Assembly: GCA_964546485.1 (NCBI GenBank)
Contig: CAZJKB010000001.1
Coordinates: forward strand, 5,140 to 40,612
Direction: 5' to 3'
Source of the DNA: an uncultured Candidatus Saccharibacteria bacterium
Lineage (GTDB): Bacteria; Patescibacteriota; Dojkabacteria; SC72
DNA length: 35,473 nt
Shown: positions 16,448-25,125 of the stretch, one piece after another
Layout: every line of letters starts with the position of its first letter
Position numbering within the stretch: position 1 is the first letter of the stretch
Program-made: the position numbers and the translations under genes
Notes under the pieces: generated by a model
The model's database searches: none
The model's input: the letters and a program-made list of their open reading frames with translations, nothing else
What the model was told of the DNA's origin: nothing

Positions 16448-17176
16448 ATGCTAAATTTCTACATTCCTCATAAAATTAAAATTGGAGAAATTACTAAACT
16501 ATCAGATCAAGATAGTAAGTTTGCTATTGCTAATAATATAGAACTCAAACAGCAGATCTATATTGAAAGTAATGGAAATAAATATATAGCAAAGATATTA
16601 AAGATAAATACAAACAGCATAGATGTAATTATAGAAGATATTATAATTGAGAAAAATGATATTGATTATGAAATAGTACTATTACAAAGTTTAATTCATA
16701 CTCATAAATATAAATATGTTATTGAAAAAGCAGTTGAGATTGGTGTACATAGCATACAACCGATATATTCAGAATATAGTACTGAGAGTATAAAAAAAAT
16801 TGCTAAGATGAATAATATATGGCGAAATACTATCAAAGATGCTAAAGAACAATCTAGAAATTCATATGATATTAAATACAATAACCCAATCGAGATATCT
16901 AATCTTGGTGACGTTCTTGATAAAGATAGTATAAAGATATGTATGAGTACAGAGAATATTCAAAAAACAGATTTAGGTAATATAACAAATGAAATAATAA
17001 AGAATAAAAAAATATATATTGCAATTGGACCAGAAAGAGGTTGGGGTGTAGAGGATATCAATATATTTTCTAACCTTAGTTTTCAGTTTATTCAATTAAA
17101 TGGAAACATATTAAGAACAGAAACTGCATCATTAGTAATTTTAAGTATGATAAAGTATATTAAAGAGTATAAATAA
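16448..17176 (+). CDS. rsmE: 16S rRNA (uracil1498-N3)-methyltransferase RsmE
   Basis: 242 aa. The motifs LLQSLIHTHKYKYVIEKAVEIGVHSIQP, KDAKEQSRN, IAIGPERGWGVEDI and GNILRTETASLVILS match the RsmE/SPOUT family pattern (..K.dk.e.i.qKa.ELGv, iGPEGGfs..E, LG.rILRtETA). Confidence 0.85.
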   Translation: MLNFYIPHKIKIGEITKLSDQDSKFAIANNIELKQQIYIESNGNKYIAKILKINTNSIDVIIEDIIIEKNDIDYEIVLLQSLIHTHKYKYVIEKAVEIGVHSIQPIYSEYSTESIKKIAKMNNIWRNTIKDAKEQSRNSYDIKYNNPIEISNLGDVLDKDSIKICMSTENIQKTDLGNITNEIIKNKKIYIAIGPERGWGVEDINIFSNLSFQFIQLNGNILRTETASLVILSMIKYIKEYK

Positions 17177-17178
17177 AG

Positions 17179-17184
17179 TATAAT
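17179..17184 (+). promoter_or_regulatory. Consensus -10 hexamer TATAAT 6 nt upstream of the RsmB-family gene ATG
   Basis: tataat at 17179-17184, then gtaaaa, then ATG at 17191. It lies just after the rsmE stop (17174-17176). No SD is present. Confidence 0.4.
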
Positions 17185-17190
17185 GTAAAA

Positions 17191-18195
17191 ATGAAAAAAA
17201 GAAGTAATATAAAACAAAAAATTAAAGATAGAAAAAAATATTATAATAAAATTGATATATTTCTATCAAGAATGGCAGGTATTCTAAAAATTCCAACTGG
17301 TTTAGTACATAGATATTTTTCTCAAAGAACTGTAACAACAATCAGACTAAACACATTAGTACAAGATGCTAAGACTACTTACGAGCAATTAATTAATAAT
17401 GGATTAGAACTTGAAGCAATATCTTGGTCTAAAGATACATATATTGTGAAAAATAAGGATAAATCTGAAATTGCAAAACTTGATAGTTATCGAGATGGTC
17501 ATTTCTATATTCAAAATTTATCAAGTATGATACCTGCTATTGCCCTATCCCCTACTCCTCAAGATATTGTTCTTGACATGTGTGCAGCACCAGGAAGTAA
17601 AACCACACAACTTGCTGTTATGCTAAACAACAAAGGTGAAATAATTGCAAATGACGATGATAAACATAGAGTTGAAAAACTTCAAGGTGTTTTAGATATG
17701 TTTGGAGTCACAAATACAACAGTTAGATTTGGAAGAGGAGAATTTATTGGTAAGAGAGAAGAGAATCACTATGATAAGATTCTACTAGATGCACCATGTA
17801 GTGGAGAAGGTATGATATATCTCAAAGGTGATAAACCCTTAAGATTTTGGAATATTAAAAAAGTAAAAGCATTTTCAAAAATACAAAAAGATTTAATAGA
17901 TTCTGCATTTAATGCTCTAAAGAAAGGTGGTGAATTAGTATATTCAACTTGTACATTAGAACCTGAAGAGAACGAAGGAGTAATTACTTATCTATTGAAT
18001 AAATATCATAATGCAGAAATTATGGAAATTCCAGTCTTTAAAACTATTATTAATGAGGATTCTAAAAGATATATTAAAAAAGGTTTAAGGATTTTCAATG
18101 ATACAAAATATATAGACGAAGTATCTAAAACATATAGAATATGTCCTCACGATAGAATGATGGGATTTTATGTAGCAAAGATTACTAAAAAATAA
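17191..18195 (+). CDS. rRNA cytosine-C5 methyltransferase, RsmB/RsmF (NOL1/NOP2/Sun) family, lacking an N-terminal NusB-like domain
   Basis: 334 aa. SAM-binding motif VLDMCAAPGSKTTQLA, catalytic motif ILLDAPCSGEG, and YSTCTLEPEENEGVI (the second catalytic Cys motif, TC). Confidence 0.85.
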   Translation: MKKRSNIKQKIKDRKKYYNKIDIFLSRMAGILKIPTGLVHRYFSQRTVTTIRLNTLVQDAKTTYEQLINNGLELEAISWSKDTYIVKNKDKSEIAKLDSYRDGHFYIQNLSSMIPAIALSPTPQDIVLDMCAAPGSKTTQLAVMLNNKGEIIANDDDKHRVEKLQGVLDMFGVTNTTVRFGRGEFIGKREENHYDKILLDAPCSGEGMIYLKGDKPLRFWNIKKVKAFSKIQKDLIDSAFNALKKGGELVYSTCTLEPEENEGVITYLLNKYHNAEIMEIPVFKTIINEDSKRYIKKGLRIFNDTKYIDEVSKTYRICPHDRMMGFYVAKITKK

Positions 18196-18229
18196 CCCAT
18201 ACCATACTAATTTCTTAATATGATATGGG
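18196..18229. terminator. Bidirectional intrinsic terminator hairpin between the convergent RsmB-family gene and pnp
   Basis: cccataccatactaa-tttc-ttaatatgatatggg. I hand-paired 13 bp with two mismatches and a 4-nt loop. On the minus strand (pnp 3' end) it is followed by TTATTTTTTA, and on the plus strand by tattatatt. Confidence 0.6.
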
Positions 18230-18246
18230 TATTATATTCAATCTAA

Positions 18247-20409
18247 TTACTTACTCTCTTTATTTTCCTTTTGTTTCTTCATACTCAACTTTATCTTTCC
18301 ATTCTCCATACCTACTACTGTTACCTCAACCTCTTGTCCCTCTGAAACAAAATCTCTAACATCCTTAACAAATTCATCACTCATTTCAGAAACATGTACC
18401 AAACCTGAAACACCTTTAGCAATATCTACAAATGCTCCATATGGCATGATAGATGCTACAATACCTTTATATTTCTCACCAACCTTTGGCTCAAATGAAA
18501 CCTCAAGTATTCTTGCCTTTGCTCCATCTATCTGATCTTGAGTCTCACCATATACACTAACTGTACCATCATCTTCAATATTTATCTCTGCACCAGTATC
18601 TTCAATTATTTGTTTAATATTCTTTCCCCCTGGACCAATTAACTCACCAATTTTAGACACTTGAACTTTCAATACTTCAAACTTTGGAGCATATATTGAA
18701 ACTGATTTTCTAGGTTCAGAAATAGTATCATACATCAAATCAAGGATTTGCATTCTTGTTTCTCTTGATTGGAATATAGCTTTTCTAAATATCTCCATAG
18801 GAAGACCTTTAGCTTTTGTATCAAACTGTATTGCTGTTACACCATCTCTAGTACCAGCAACTTTGAAATCCATAAATCCATAAAAATCTTCTAGATCTCT
18901 AATATCTGTAAGAATTGCATAATCATCTGGAGTATCCTCATCAAATACTATTCCAAGTGCAATACCTGCAACATGTTTTTTTATAGGTACACCTGCATCC
19001 ATCAATGCAAGAGAAGCTGTTGCTGAACTTGCTTGAGAACTAGATCCATTTTCGGACATAATATCTCCATTAACTATAATTGTATATGGAAATTCTTCTA
19101 CAGATGGTAATACTGGAATCATTGCTTTTTCAGCTAATGCTCCATGACCTATCTCTCTTCTTCCTGGATTATACTTATATCTTTCTGATGAACCCATTGT
19201 AAATGGATACTGAGAATAGAAGAGCATAAATGATCGATTATCCTCACCTGTCATATTTTCAATCATCTGTTGTTTTCTAATTGTACCAAGTGTAACTGTT
19301 GATAATACTTGAGTTAGACCTCTTGTATACATTGCACTACCATGAACTCTAGGTAGAACACCTACCTCTGCACCCATTTCTCTAATTTCCTCAAACTTTC
19401 TACCATCTAATCTTCTCTGCTCTTCTTTTATTAACTTTCTCATTAAATATTTAGCAACTTTTTCGTATGCTTCTTTTAGCTGAACTTTTGAATATTGTCC
19501 TTCAAATCTCTTTTGCATATCCTCCATAATAGATTTTGCTTCTTTAGAAGATGCTAATTGTGTTTTAACAAATTGTGGATCTTCAGATGCACTAATATCT
19601 AACACTTGTAATATTCTTGTACCAAACTCAGCTTTAGTTATATTTACTAATTCTTCAGGTAGAGCAAATGATACATAATCTCCTTTCTCAGGATTTACTA
19701 ATTCTACAAACTTCTTTTGAACATCCATCCATTCAGACATTTTACCTAATCCAAAATCCATTGCTTCAAGTATTTCTTGTTCAGGTAACTCATAAGCATC
19801 TGCATCAAGATTTGTAATTCTGCTTCCATCTCCAGCCATTACAAGATTTAATTTGGTTTCAGTATTCTCACCATCTCTATCTGCTCTTGCTATGAATTTA
19901 AGATATTGCTTAAATTTATTACTACTATTTTCAATATCATAACCAACTCTTACACCTGCAACAGGTGTTGTAAATGGTGCTTTTGAAATTAATAACGCTG
20001 CAGATACTGCATTAATAGATAGAATTGTTGGGTCAACTTCAGGATCAAATGAAAGTACTTCTACAATGATTTGTAATTCATTTCTATAATCTGGAGCAAA
20101 CATAGGTCTCATAGATCTATCAATTATTCTTGCTCGTAGTATTGCATCATCACTTGGGAATCTTTCTCTTTTAACAAATCTAGAGGATGAAACCATTCCT
20201 GCTGCTGCCATTCTTTCAACATATTCAACAGACATTGGGAAATAGTCAGTATCAGGCATAGCCTCTCCTGTTTGTACTGTAGCCAAAATCCTTGTATCAC
20301 CAAGACCAGCAAAAACAGCAACATGAGCTTTTCTAGCAATTTTTCCTACTGAAAAAAATCCTTTTTTACCTTCTATCTCGAAATCAATACGCTTTTCGTT
20401 GTATAACAT
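18247..20409 (-). CDS. pnp: Polynucleotide phosphorylase (PNPase)
   Basis: 720 aa with two RNase PH-like halves, a KH domain (GPGGKNIKQIIEDTGAEINIEDDG) and an S1 domain (GEKYKGIVASIMPYGAFVDIAKGVSGLVHVSEMSDEFV). It sits directly downstream of rpsO, as in most bacteria. Confidence 0.95.
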   Translation of the reverse strand: MLYNEKRIDFEIEGKKGFFSVGKIARKAHVAVFAGLGDTRILATVQTGEAMPDTDYFPMSVEYVERMAAAGMVSSSRFVKRERFPSDDAILRARIIDRSMRPMFAPDYRNELQIIVEVLSFDPEVDPTILSINAVSAALLISKAPFTTPVAGVRVGYDIENSSNKFKQYLKFIARADRDGENTETKLNLVMAGDGSRITNLDADAYELPEQEILEAMDFGLGKMSEWMDVQKKFVELVNPEKGDYVSFALPEELVNITKAEFGTRILQVLDISASEDPQFVKTQLASSKEAKSIMEDMQKRFEGQYSKVQLKEAYEKVAKYLMRKLIKEEQRRLDGRKFEEIREMGAEVGVLPRVHGSAMYTRGLTQVLSTVTLGTIRKQQMIENMTGEDNRSFMLFYSQYPFTMGSSERYKYNPGRREIGHGALAEKAMIPVLPSVEEFPYTIIVNGDIMSENGSSSQASSATASLALMDAGVPIKKHVAGIALGIVFDEDTPDDYAILTDIRDLEDFYGFMDFKVAGTRDGVTAIQFDTKAKGLPMEIFRKAIFQSRETRMQILDLMYDTISEPRKSVSIYAPKFEVLKVQVSKIGELIGPGGKNIKQIIEDTGAEINIEDDGTVSVYGETQDQIDGAKARILEVSFEPKVGEKYKGIVASIMPYGAFVDIAKGVSGLVHVSEMSDEFVKDVRDFVSEGQEVEVTVVGMENGKIKLSMKKQKENKESK

Positions 20410-20460
20410 AAAATATTACTTAAAATTTATACTGGAAAGTGTATTGTATTAAGTGTGTAC

Positions 20461-20724
20461 TTAAAGACCCAACTTCTTAGCGAGAGTATTGTATCTCTCA
20501 ATATCGGTTTTCTTTAAATATTCAATAAGTCTTCTTCTTTTTCCTACCATTTGGAGTAATCCTCTTCTTGAGTGATTATCTTTCTTATGATCCTTTAAGT
20601 GCTCAGATAATTGAGTTATCTGTACAGTCAAAAGAGCAATTTGAACCTCAGGTGAACCGGAGTCTTTTGGATTTGAACCAAACTTATCAATAATTTCAAT
20701 TTTTTGTTCTCTTGTTAGTGCCAT
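20461..20724 (-). CDS. rpsO: 30S ribosomal protein S15
   Basis: 87 aa: [72 protein letters not shown]. This is the canonical S15 sequence pattern. Confidence 0.95.
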   Translation of the reverse strand: MALTREQKIEIIDKFGSNPKDSGSPEVQIALLTVQITQLSEHLKDHKKDNHSRRGLLQMVGKRRRLIEYLKKTDIERYNTLAKKLGL

Positions 20725-20810
20725 ATATATAAACTACCATAAGAAAAATATATTAGCAAGGGTAGTCTGCTAATCGTAAGTATTCTACAATATAGGGTAT
20801 AGTCTGTCAA
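20725..20810 (-). promoter_or_regulatory. rpsO promoter (TTGACA-17-TAGAAT) plus structured 5' leader (hairpin with pseudoknot potential)
   Basis: Minus strand: -35 TTGACA (complement of 20805-20810), a 17-nt spacer, then -10 TAGAAT (complement of 20782-20787). The leader hairpin is UUAGCA (20773-20768) / UGCUAA (20758-20753) with a 9-nt loop GACUACCCU. The loop sequence ACUACC is complementary to GGUAGU (20738-20733), which ends 8 nt before the AUG. Confidence 0.55.
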
Positions 20811-20823
20811 TACTTATAGGCTA

Positions 20824-21945
20824 CTATCTATTATTTAATAGATCTAGTTCAGATATTGTCTCGTCGAGTTTCTTTTCAATATCATCAAGCTTTTGATTTT
20901 TTATTATGCATGTAGCTTTGTAATCATTACCTTCTCCTCCAAATACAGTTGCTAATGCATGTGCAGTAAATCTATCAGTATTATTTGATTCTATGACTAA
21001 CATTAATTGATTTTGACCAATTTCATACACACCAATTGCTAAATCAAACCCCTGTGCAATATTATATGGCAATCTTCCACTAATATCTAAATTGTTTTTA
21101 TTAACTCTGTAATACTTCATATCATCATAGTTCACATAGGACCATATATATCTCAAATCTTTATTCATTTTTACATTCTGCATCATCTTTATTGTCAAAT
21201 TAAGATTTTCCTCGGATTTAGAAAAATACTTCTTTCTAATTACAGAATTAATATCTACACCTCTTTTTGATAATGAAGAGATAACAGACCATGTCTTAGA
21301 ATCAAGATTATCATTTAAAATATCAAAATTATTAATTGTATTTCCAAGAAGCATATTACTTATTTCAGAAGAGATAGTTAACCTACTCTTTTCCAGAAGT
21401 TTATATATAGTATATGAATAATTATTGTCTATAATATCAAGAGCATTTTCATATATAGGATTATGTTTTAAACCAATAGATATAACCTTATTCTCTCTAA
21501 ATATATAATCATTCTTTTCATAAATATCGCCCAAATCTTGAGGGTTTTCGACATCAAATAGTATTGTTAGATCATAACCACTACCACCATCTTTAAATTC
21601 AACAGAACTAAAATCAAATCCATCTTCACCAGGGGTTATTATAAATTTGAGTTTCTTATTTTTCTCATCCATATCATACGAAATAGATTTGATACTTGTT
21701 TTACCATAATCAACCCATACTTCGTATAAAAGAGGTTTAACAGATGAAAGATATTTAATATTATGATCTTTTAGTAATTTTATAATCTCTTTATCTAGTT
21801 CATTAATAATAACCAAATCTACTTTCTTTTTTAGATCTGAAAGTACACGATATAAAGAAATTATTGATAATGCTTTATCACTACTATCTATATTCTGAGT
21901 AATTATAATGGGGCACTTATAATTCTCTAGATCTTTAAGGTACAT
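20824..21945 (-). CDS. NrnA-like DHH/DHHA1-family protein with degenerate catalytic motifs (assignment tentative)
   Basis: 373 aa. It occupies the position after infB where actinobacterial and firmicute operons carry rbfA and a DHH/DHHA1 phosphoesterase. CPIIITQNIDSSDKALSIISL aligns with the H..PD.DA.GS motif I region. The C-terminal FGGEGNDYKATC resembles the DHHA1 GGGGH..AAG motif. No DHH tripeptide is present. Confidence 0.4.
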   Translation of the reverse strand: MYLKDLENYKCPIIITQNIDSSDKALSIISLYRVLSDLKKKVDLVIINELDKEIIKLLKDHNIKYLSSVKPLLYEVWVDYGKTSIKSISYDMDEKNKKLKFIITPGEDGFDFSSVEFKDGGSGYDLTILFDVENPQDLGDIYEKNDYIFRENKVISIGLKHNPIYENALDIIDNNYSYTIYKLLEKSRLTISSEISNMLLGNTINNFDILNDNLDSKTWSVISSLSKRGVDINSVIRKKYFSKSEENLNLTIKMMQNVKMNKDLRYIWSYVNYDDMKYYRVNKNNLDISGRLPYNIAQGFDLAIGVYEIGQNQLMLVIESNNTDRFTAHALATVFGGEGNDYKATCIIKNQKLDDIEKKLDETISELDLLNNR

Positions 21946-21979
21946 ACTTAAAGTCCTATAAAATTATCTTAACTGTATA

Positions 21980-23512
21980 TTACTTGATTACCTTATAACA
22001 GTAAAGGGCATCACCTTCTTTAGCTTCAACATTTTTATCAAGAATAGCACCAAAATCCTGTCCATTCTTAGCTTCTGTTATCGTATCTTTATTATGTCTA
22101 AGTGAATCTATTCTTGCTTCAACTAATATTTCATCGTCTCTAACTATATATACCTTACAGCCTTTTTTAACTACTCCTTTTTCCATTCTACAACCAATTA
22201 CCTGCGAACCATTAGTTAATGTAAATATCTGTTTAATTATTGCATTTCCAATCTCCTCCTCTACTTCATCACCTGCAGCAAGAGAAGTTAACACATCAGA
22301 AACTTCATCTACTAATTTATATATAATATTATATGTTCTTACTAATACTCTCTTTTGCAATGCTAATGGTTCAACACCATTATCTGTTGATACTTCAAAA
22401 CCTAAGATTATAGATTTTGTTACTATTGCATGTTCTACATCATTTAATGATATATCACCTATCCCAGATCGTATAATTTCAACCTTTGCTTCCTCTGTAT
22501 TTAGTTTTTCAATACTTTTTTTAATTGCTTCCAATGCACCTTCTGAAGATGACTTTATTATTACCTTTAGTTTCTTTACATCTGTTGTATCAGTCTGTTT
22601 TAATCCAAAGAATGAAGCAAAATTATCAGTACTCATCTGTTCTATCTCTTCTTGTTGTTCTTTTATAGTTATGTATTTCTGTAATACCTTTTCTTCTTTC
22701 TTATCCATAACATATATAACAGAACCAGGCTCAATAACCTGTGATAGCCCAAGTATTCTACCTCCGTATCCTTGTGTCATAGATTCTATAACTTCATTCT
22801 CTTCTGTTATTAAACCTTTAATTTTTTCTATAACTATTTCCTTTCCACTTCTATAACCAATAAAGTTCGATGCTTTCATTGATCCTTGGAGTAAAATCAT
22901 AGAAGATACTAAACCCTTACTCTTATCCTTAACTGTTTCTAAAACAACTCCAGATCCTATTACAGAATCAGGTAGAATATCTCTATCAATATAACCCTCA
23001 ACATCAACAACAAGTGATATTGTCTCTAAGAGCAAATCTATTCCTAATCCTGTCTTACCTGATACCTGAACAACTGGAATATTTCCACCCAAACCTTCAA
23101 GTAGCAAACCTCTATTTGAAATATCTCTTTTAATCTTTTCAATATTTATATCTGGCAAATCAACCTTATTAATTACTACAATTGGTTTTGCTTTAGATGA
23201 TTTAATAATCTCAATAGATTCCTCTGTTTGTGGTTGGACACCATCATCTGCGGCTACAATTAACAAAACTACGTCTGCTATGCTTCCACCTCTAACTCTC
23301 ATTAAATCGAATGCTTCATGTCCTGGTGTATCTATAAATGTAATTTTTCTACTATCTTTAGATAATATTGTAAAAGCAGAAATCTTTTGAGTTATTCCAC
23401 CTACTTCCTTATTTTGAACATTAGTATTTCTTATTTTATCCAATATTGTAGTTTTACCATGATCTACATGTCCTAAAATTGCTACAACTGGAATTCTATT
23501 ATTATTCTCCAT
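21980..23512 (-). CDS. infB: Translation initiation factor IF-2, short form lacking the N-terminal extension
   Basis: The track ORF starts at a TTG (23527). The ATG at 23510-23512 is preceded by AAGGAG and is the likelier start (MENNNRIPVVAILGHVDHGKTTILDKIR). G motifs GHVDHGKT, DTPGHEAF and NKVD are present, followed by the C-terminal beta-barrel domains. Confidence 0.93.
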   Translation of the reverse strand: MENNNRIPVVAILGHVDHGKTTILDKIRNTNVQNKEVGGITQKISAFTILSKDSRKITFIDTPGHEAFDLMRVRGGSIADVVLLIVAADDGVQPQTEESIEIIKSSKAKPIVVINKVDLPDINIEKIKRDISNRGLLLEGLGGNIPVVQVSGKTGLGIDLLLETISLVVDVEGYIDRDILPDSVIGSGVVLETVKDKSKGLVSSMILLQGSMKASNFIGYRSGKEIVIEKIKGLITEENEVIESMTQGYGGRILGLSQVIEPGSVIYVMDKKEEKVLQKYITIKEQQEEIEQMSTDNFASFFGLKQTDTTDVKKLKVIIKSSSEGALEAIKKSIEKLNTEEAKVEIIRSGIGDISLNDVEHAIVTKSIILGFEVSTDNGVEPLALQKRVLVRTYNIIYKLVDEVSDVLTSLAAGDEVEEEIGNAIIKQIFTLTNGSQVIGCRMEKGVVKKGCKVYIVRDDEILVEARIDSLRHNKDTITEAKNGQDFGAILDKNVEAKEGDALYCYKVIK

Positions 23513-23513
23513 A

Positions 23514-23846
23514 TTACTCCTTTTCAATATTATCTAATTCACTTTTAGAAATTCTAACAACATTCTTTTCACCTAATTTAGTTTCAATATATGCTGCAAA
23601 ATCTTTTTCTAAAATAGAATAATCTTCTTTAGTGAATGTCATATTATACACTCTTTTGAATATATTTTGTTGAATTGCTTTTCTCAATATCTCAAGATTT
23701 GGTTTAATATTCACACCTCGTGATCTTACTTTGCCTTTAGTATCAACAACTAATTTACCTTCACTAATACTGATTCTAATTAGCATATGCTTAGGCAATC
23801 TCTCTTTAGTTACTGCACACATTCTGGTTGCAATATGCTTATCCAT
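23514..23846 (-). CDS. ylxR: YlxR/RnpM-family (DUF448) RNA-binding protein
   Basis: 110 aa. RMCAVTKERLPKHMLIRISI...GKVRSRGVNI matches the YlxR pattern R.C..c....K.eLiRiv....d..gk.pGRGaY. It sits between nusA and infB, as is typical. Confidence 0.8.
   Translation of the reverse strand: MDKHIATRMCAVTKERLPKHMLIRISISEGKLVVDTKGKVRSRGVNIKPNLEILRKAIQQNIFKRVYNMTFTKEDYSILEKDFAAYIETKLGEKNVVRISKSELDNIEKE
23517..23522 (-). promoter_or_regulatory. Shine-Dalgarno sequence (AAGGAG) for infB
   Basis: The minus strand reads AAGGAG-taat-ATG. This is the only strong SD I found by eye in this window, and it lies at the very end of ylxR. Confidence 0.6.
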
Positions 23847-23864
23847 TAAATAGAGTAGATAAAG

Positions 23865-24980
23865 TTATTTCTCTGTTTCCTCTTCTTTCGTATCTTCAAC
23901 TACTTCTTCTTTAACTTCTTCTTTTGCTTTTTTATTATCACCAACGATATCAATTTTAACACCTACCAACTTCCAAGCTAGTCTTACATTCTGACCATCT
24001 TTTCCAATTGCTAATGATAACTGATCATCCGCAACTTTAACTGTTGCAGTATCTCCTTTAACAGTAACTTTTTCAACCTTTGCTGGTGATAGTGCATTTG
24101 CAATATATTTATTAAGATCTTCTTCCCATTCAATAATATCTATCTTCTCTTCACCTATCTCACCCATTACATTAGCGATTCTTATTCCTCTTTGTCCAAC
24201 ACATGAACCAATTGGATCTACTCCATCTTGGTGAGATACAACAGCAATTTTACTTCTTGAACCTGCTTCTCTAGCTACTGATTTAATTTCTACAACACCT
24301 GATTCAATTTCTGGTACTTCAACTTTAAACAACTCAACTAAGAGATTACTATCTGCTCTTGAAACTATTAATTCTTTTCCTCTTGGTGTATCTGCAATAT
24401 CTTTAAGAAGAACTTTATATCTTTCTCCTACTTTGTAGAATTCATTAGAAATCTGCTCTTCAAGTGGCATAACAGCTGTTGCTTTTCCTATTTCAAATAT
24501 TGCACTTCCTCTTTGCATTCTCTGCATTAATGCATTAAATACCTGACCAACTTTTCCACTATACTCAGCTAATATTGCATCTTTTTCAAAATCTCTTATT
24601 TTTTGTAATACTACTTGCTTTGCTGTTTGAGCTGCAATTCTACCAAAATCATCTGCAGGTAGTTCTACTTCAACAATATCTCCAATTTTTAATTTCTTTG
24701 ATATTGCTTGTGCCTGTTTTAGTGATAATTCATAGTTTGAATCTATTACTCTTTCAACAACTAATTTCTTAGCTACTAATCTAAATTGTCCATTTTCAGG
24801 ATTCATTTCTACAAAAAGATTCTCTTCTCTTCCTTCTGCTGATTCTCCACCTACATAAAATTCTTTTTTATATGCGACAATTATTGCTTCTTTTAAAGCA
24901 TCATATATTTTATCTGCATTAATTCCTCTTTCAGATGCAATCTGATTTATTGCAGCCATAAAGTCTGTTGATATTGCCAT
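23865..24980 (-). CDS. nusA: Transcription termination/antitermination factor NusA (no C-terminal AR repeats, acidic tail)
   Basis: 371 aa with an N-terminal domain, an S1 domain (GQVFNALMQRMQRGSAIFEIGKATAVMP) and two KH domains (GSRSKIAVVSHQDGVDPIGSCVGQRGIRI; LSLAIGKDGQNVRLAWKLVG). Confidence 0.93.
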   Translation of the reverse strand: MAISTDFMAAINQIASERGINADKIYDALKEAIIVAYKKEFYVGGESAEGREENLFVEMNPENGQFRLVAKKLVVERVIDSNYELSLKQAQAISKKLKIGDIVEVELPADDFGRIAAQTAKQVVLQKIRDFEKDAILAEYSGKVGQVFNALMQRMQRGSAIFEIGKATAVMPLEEQISNEFYKVGERYKVLLKDIADTPRGKELIVSRADSNLLVELFKVEVPEIESGVVEIKSVAREAGSRSKIAVVSHQDGVDPIGSCVGQRGIRIANVMGEIGEEKIDIIEWEEDLNKYIANALSPAKVEKVTVKGDTATVKVADDQLSLAIGKDGQNVRLAWKLVGVKIDIVGDNKKAKEEVKEEVVEDTKEEETEK

Positions 24981-25018
24981 ACTATTTACTCTAAAAATTT
25001 ATTGATAATAACATTCTG

Positions 25019-25027
25019 ATTATATCA
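25019..25027 (-). promoter_or_regulatory. Extended -10 promoter element TGATATAAT upstream of nusA
   Basis: The minus strand reads tgatataat (complement of 25019-25027), 38 nt upstream of the nusA ATG (24980) and just downstream of the dnaJ terminator. The -35 region is weak (TTTTTC). Confidence 0.45.
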
Positions 25028-25040
25028 GAGGTTATATTAA

Positions 25041-25068
25041 AGAAAAAGGTGAGTTTTAACACTCACCT
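25041..25068 (-). terminator. Rho-independent terminator after dnaJ
   Basis: The minus strand reads AGGTGAGT-gttaaa-ACTCACCT, a perfect 8-bp stem with a 6-nt loop (25047-25068), followed immediately by TTTTTCTTT (25046-25038). It lies 57 nt after the dnaJ stop. Confidence 0.7.
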
Positions 25069-25125
25069 AATACAATATAACTTTCCGATTTAGATATTAA
25101 CAGAATATGGATAGAATGTACAGAG

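Noticed and set aside
20410-20460. The rpsO-pnp intergenic region, examined for an RNase III-type processing hairpin like the one in E. coli. It contains a direct repeat ACACTT x2 and a 6-bp ACTTAA/TTAAGT pairing.
   Set aside because: The pairing encloses a loop of about 26 nt with no supporting inner base pairs. There is not enough structure to call anything.
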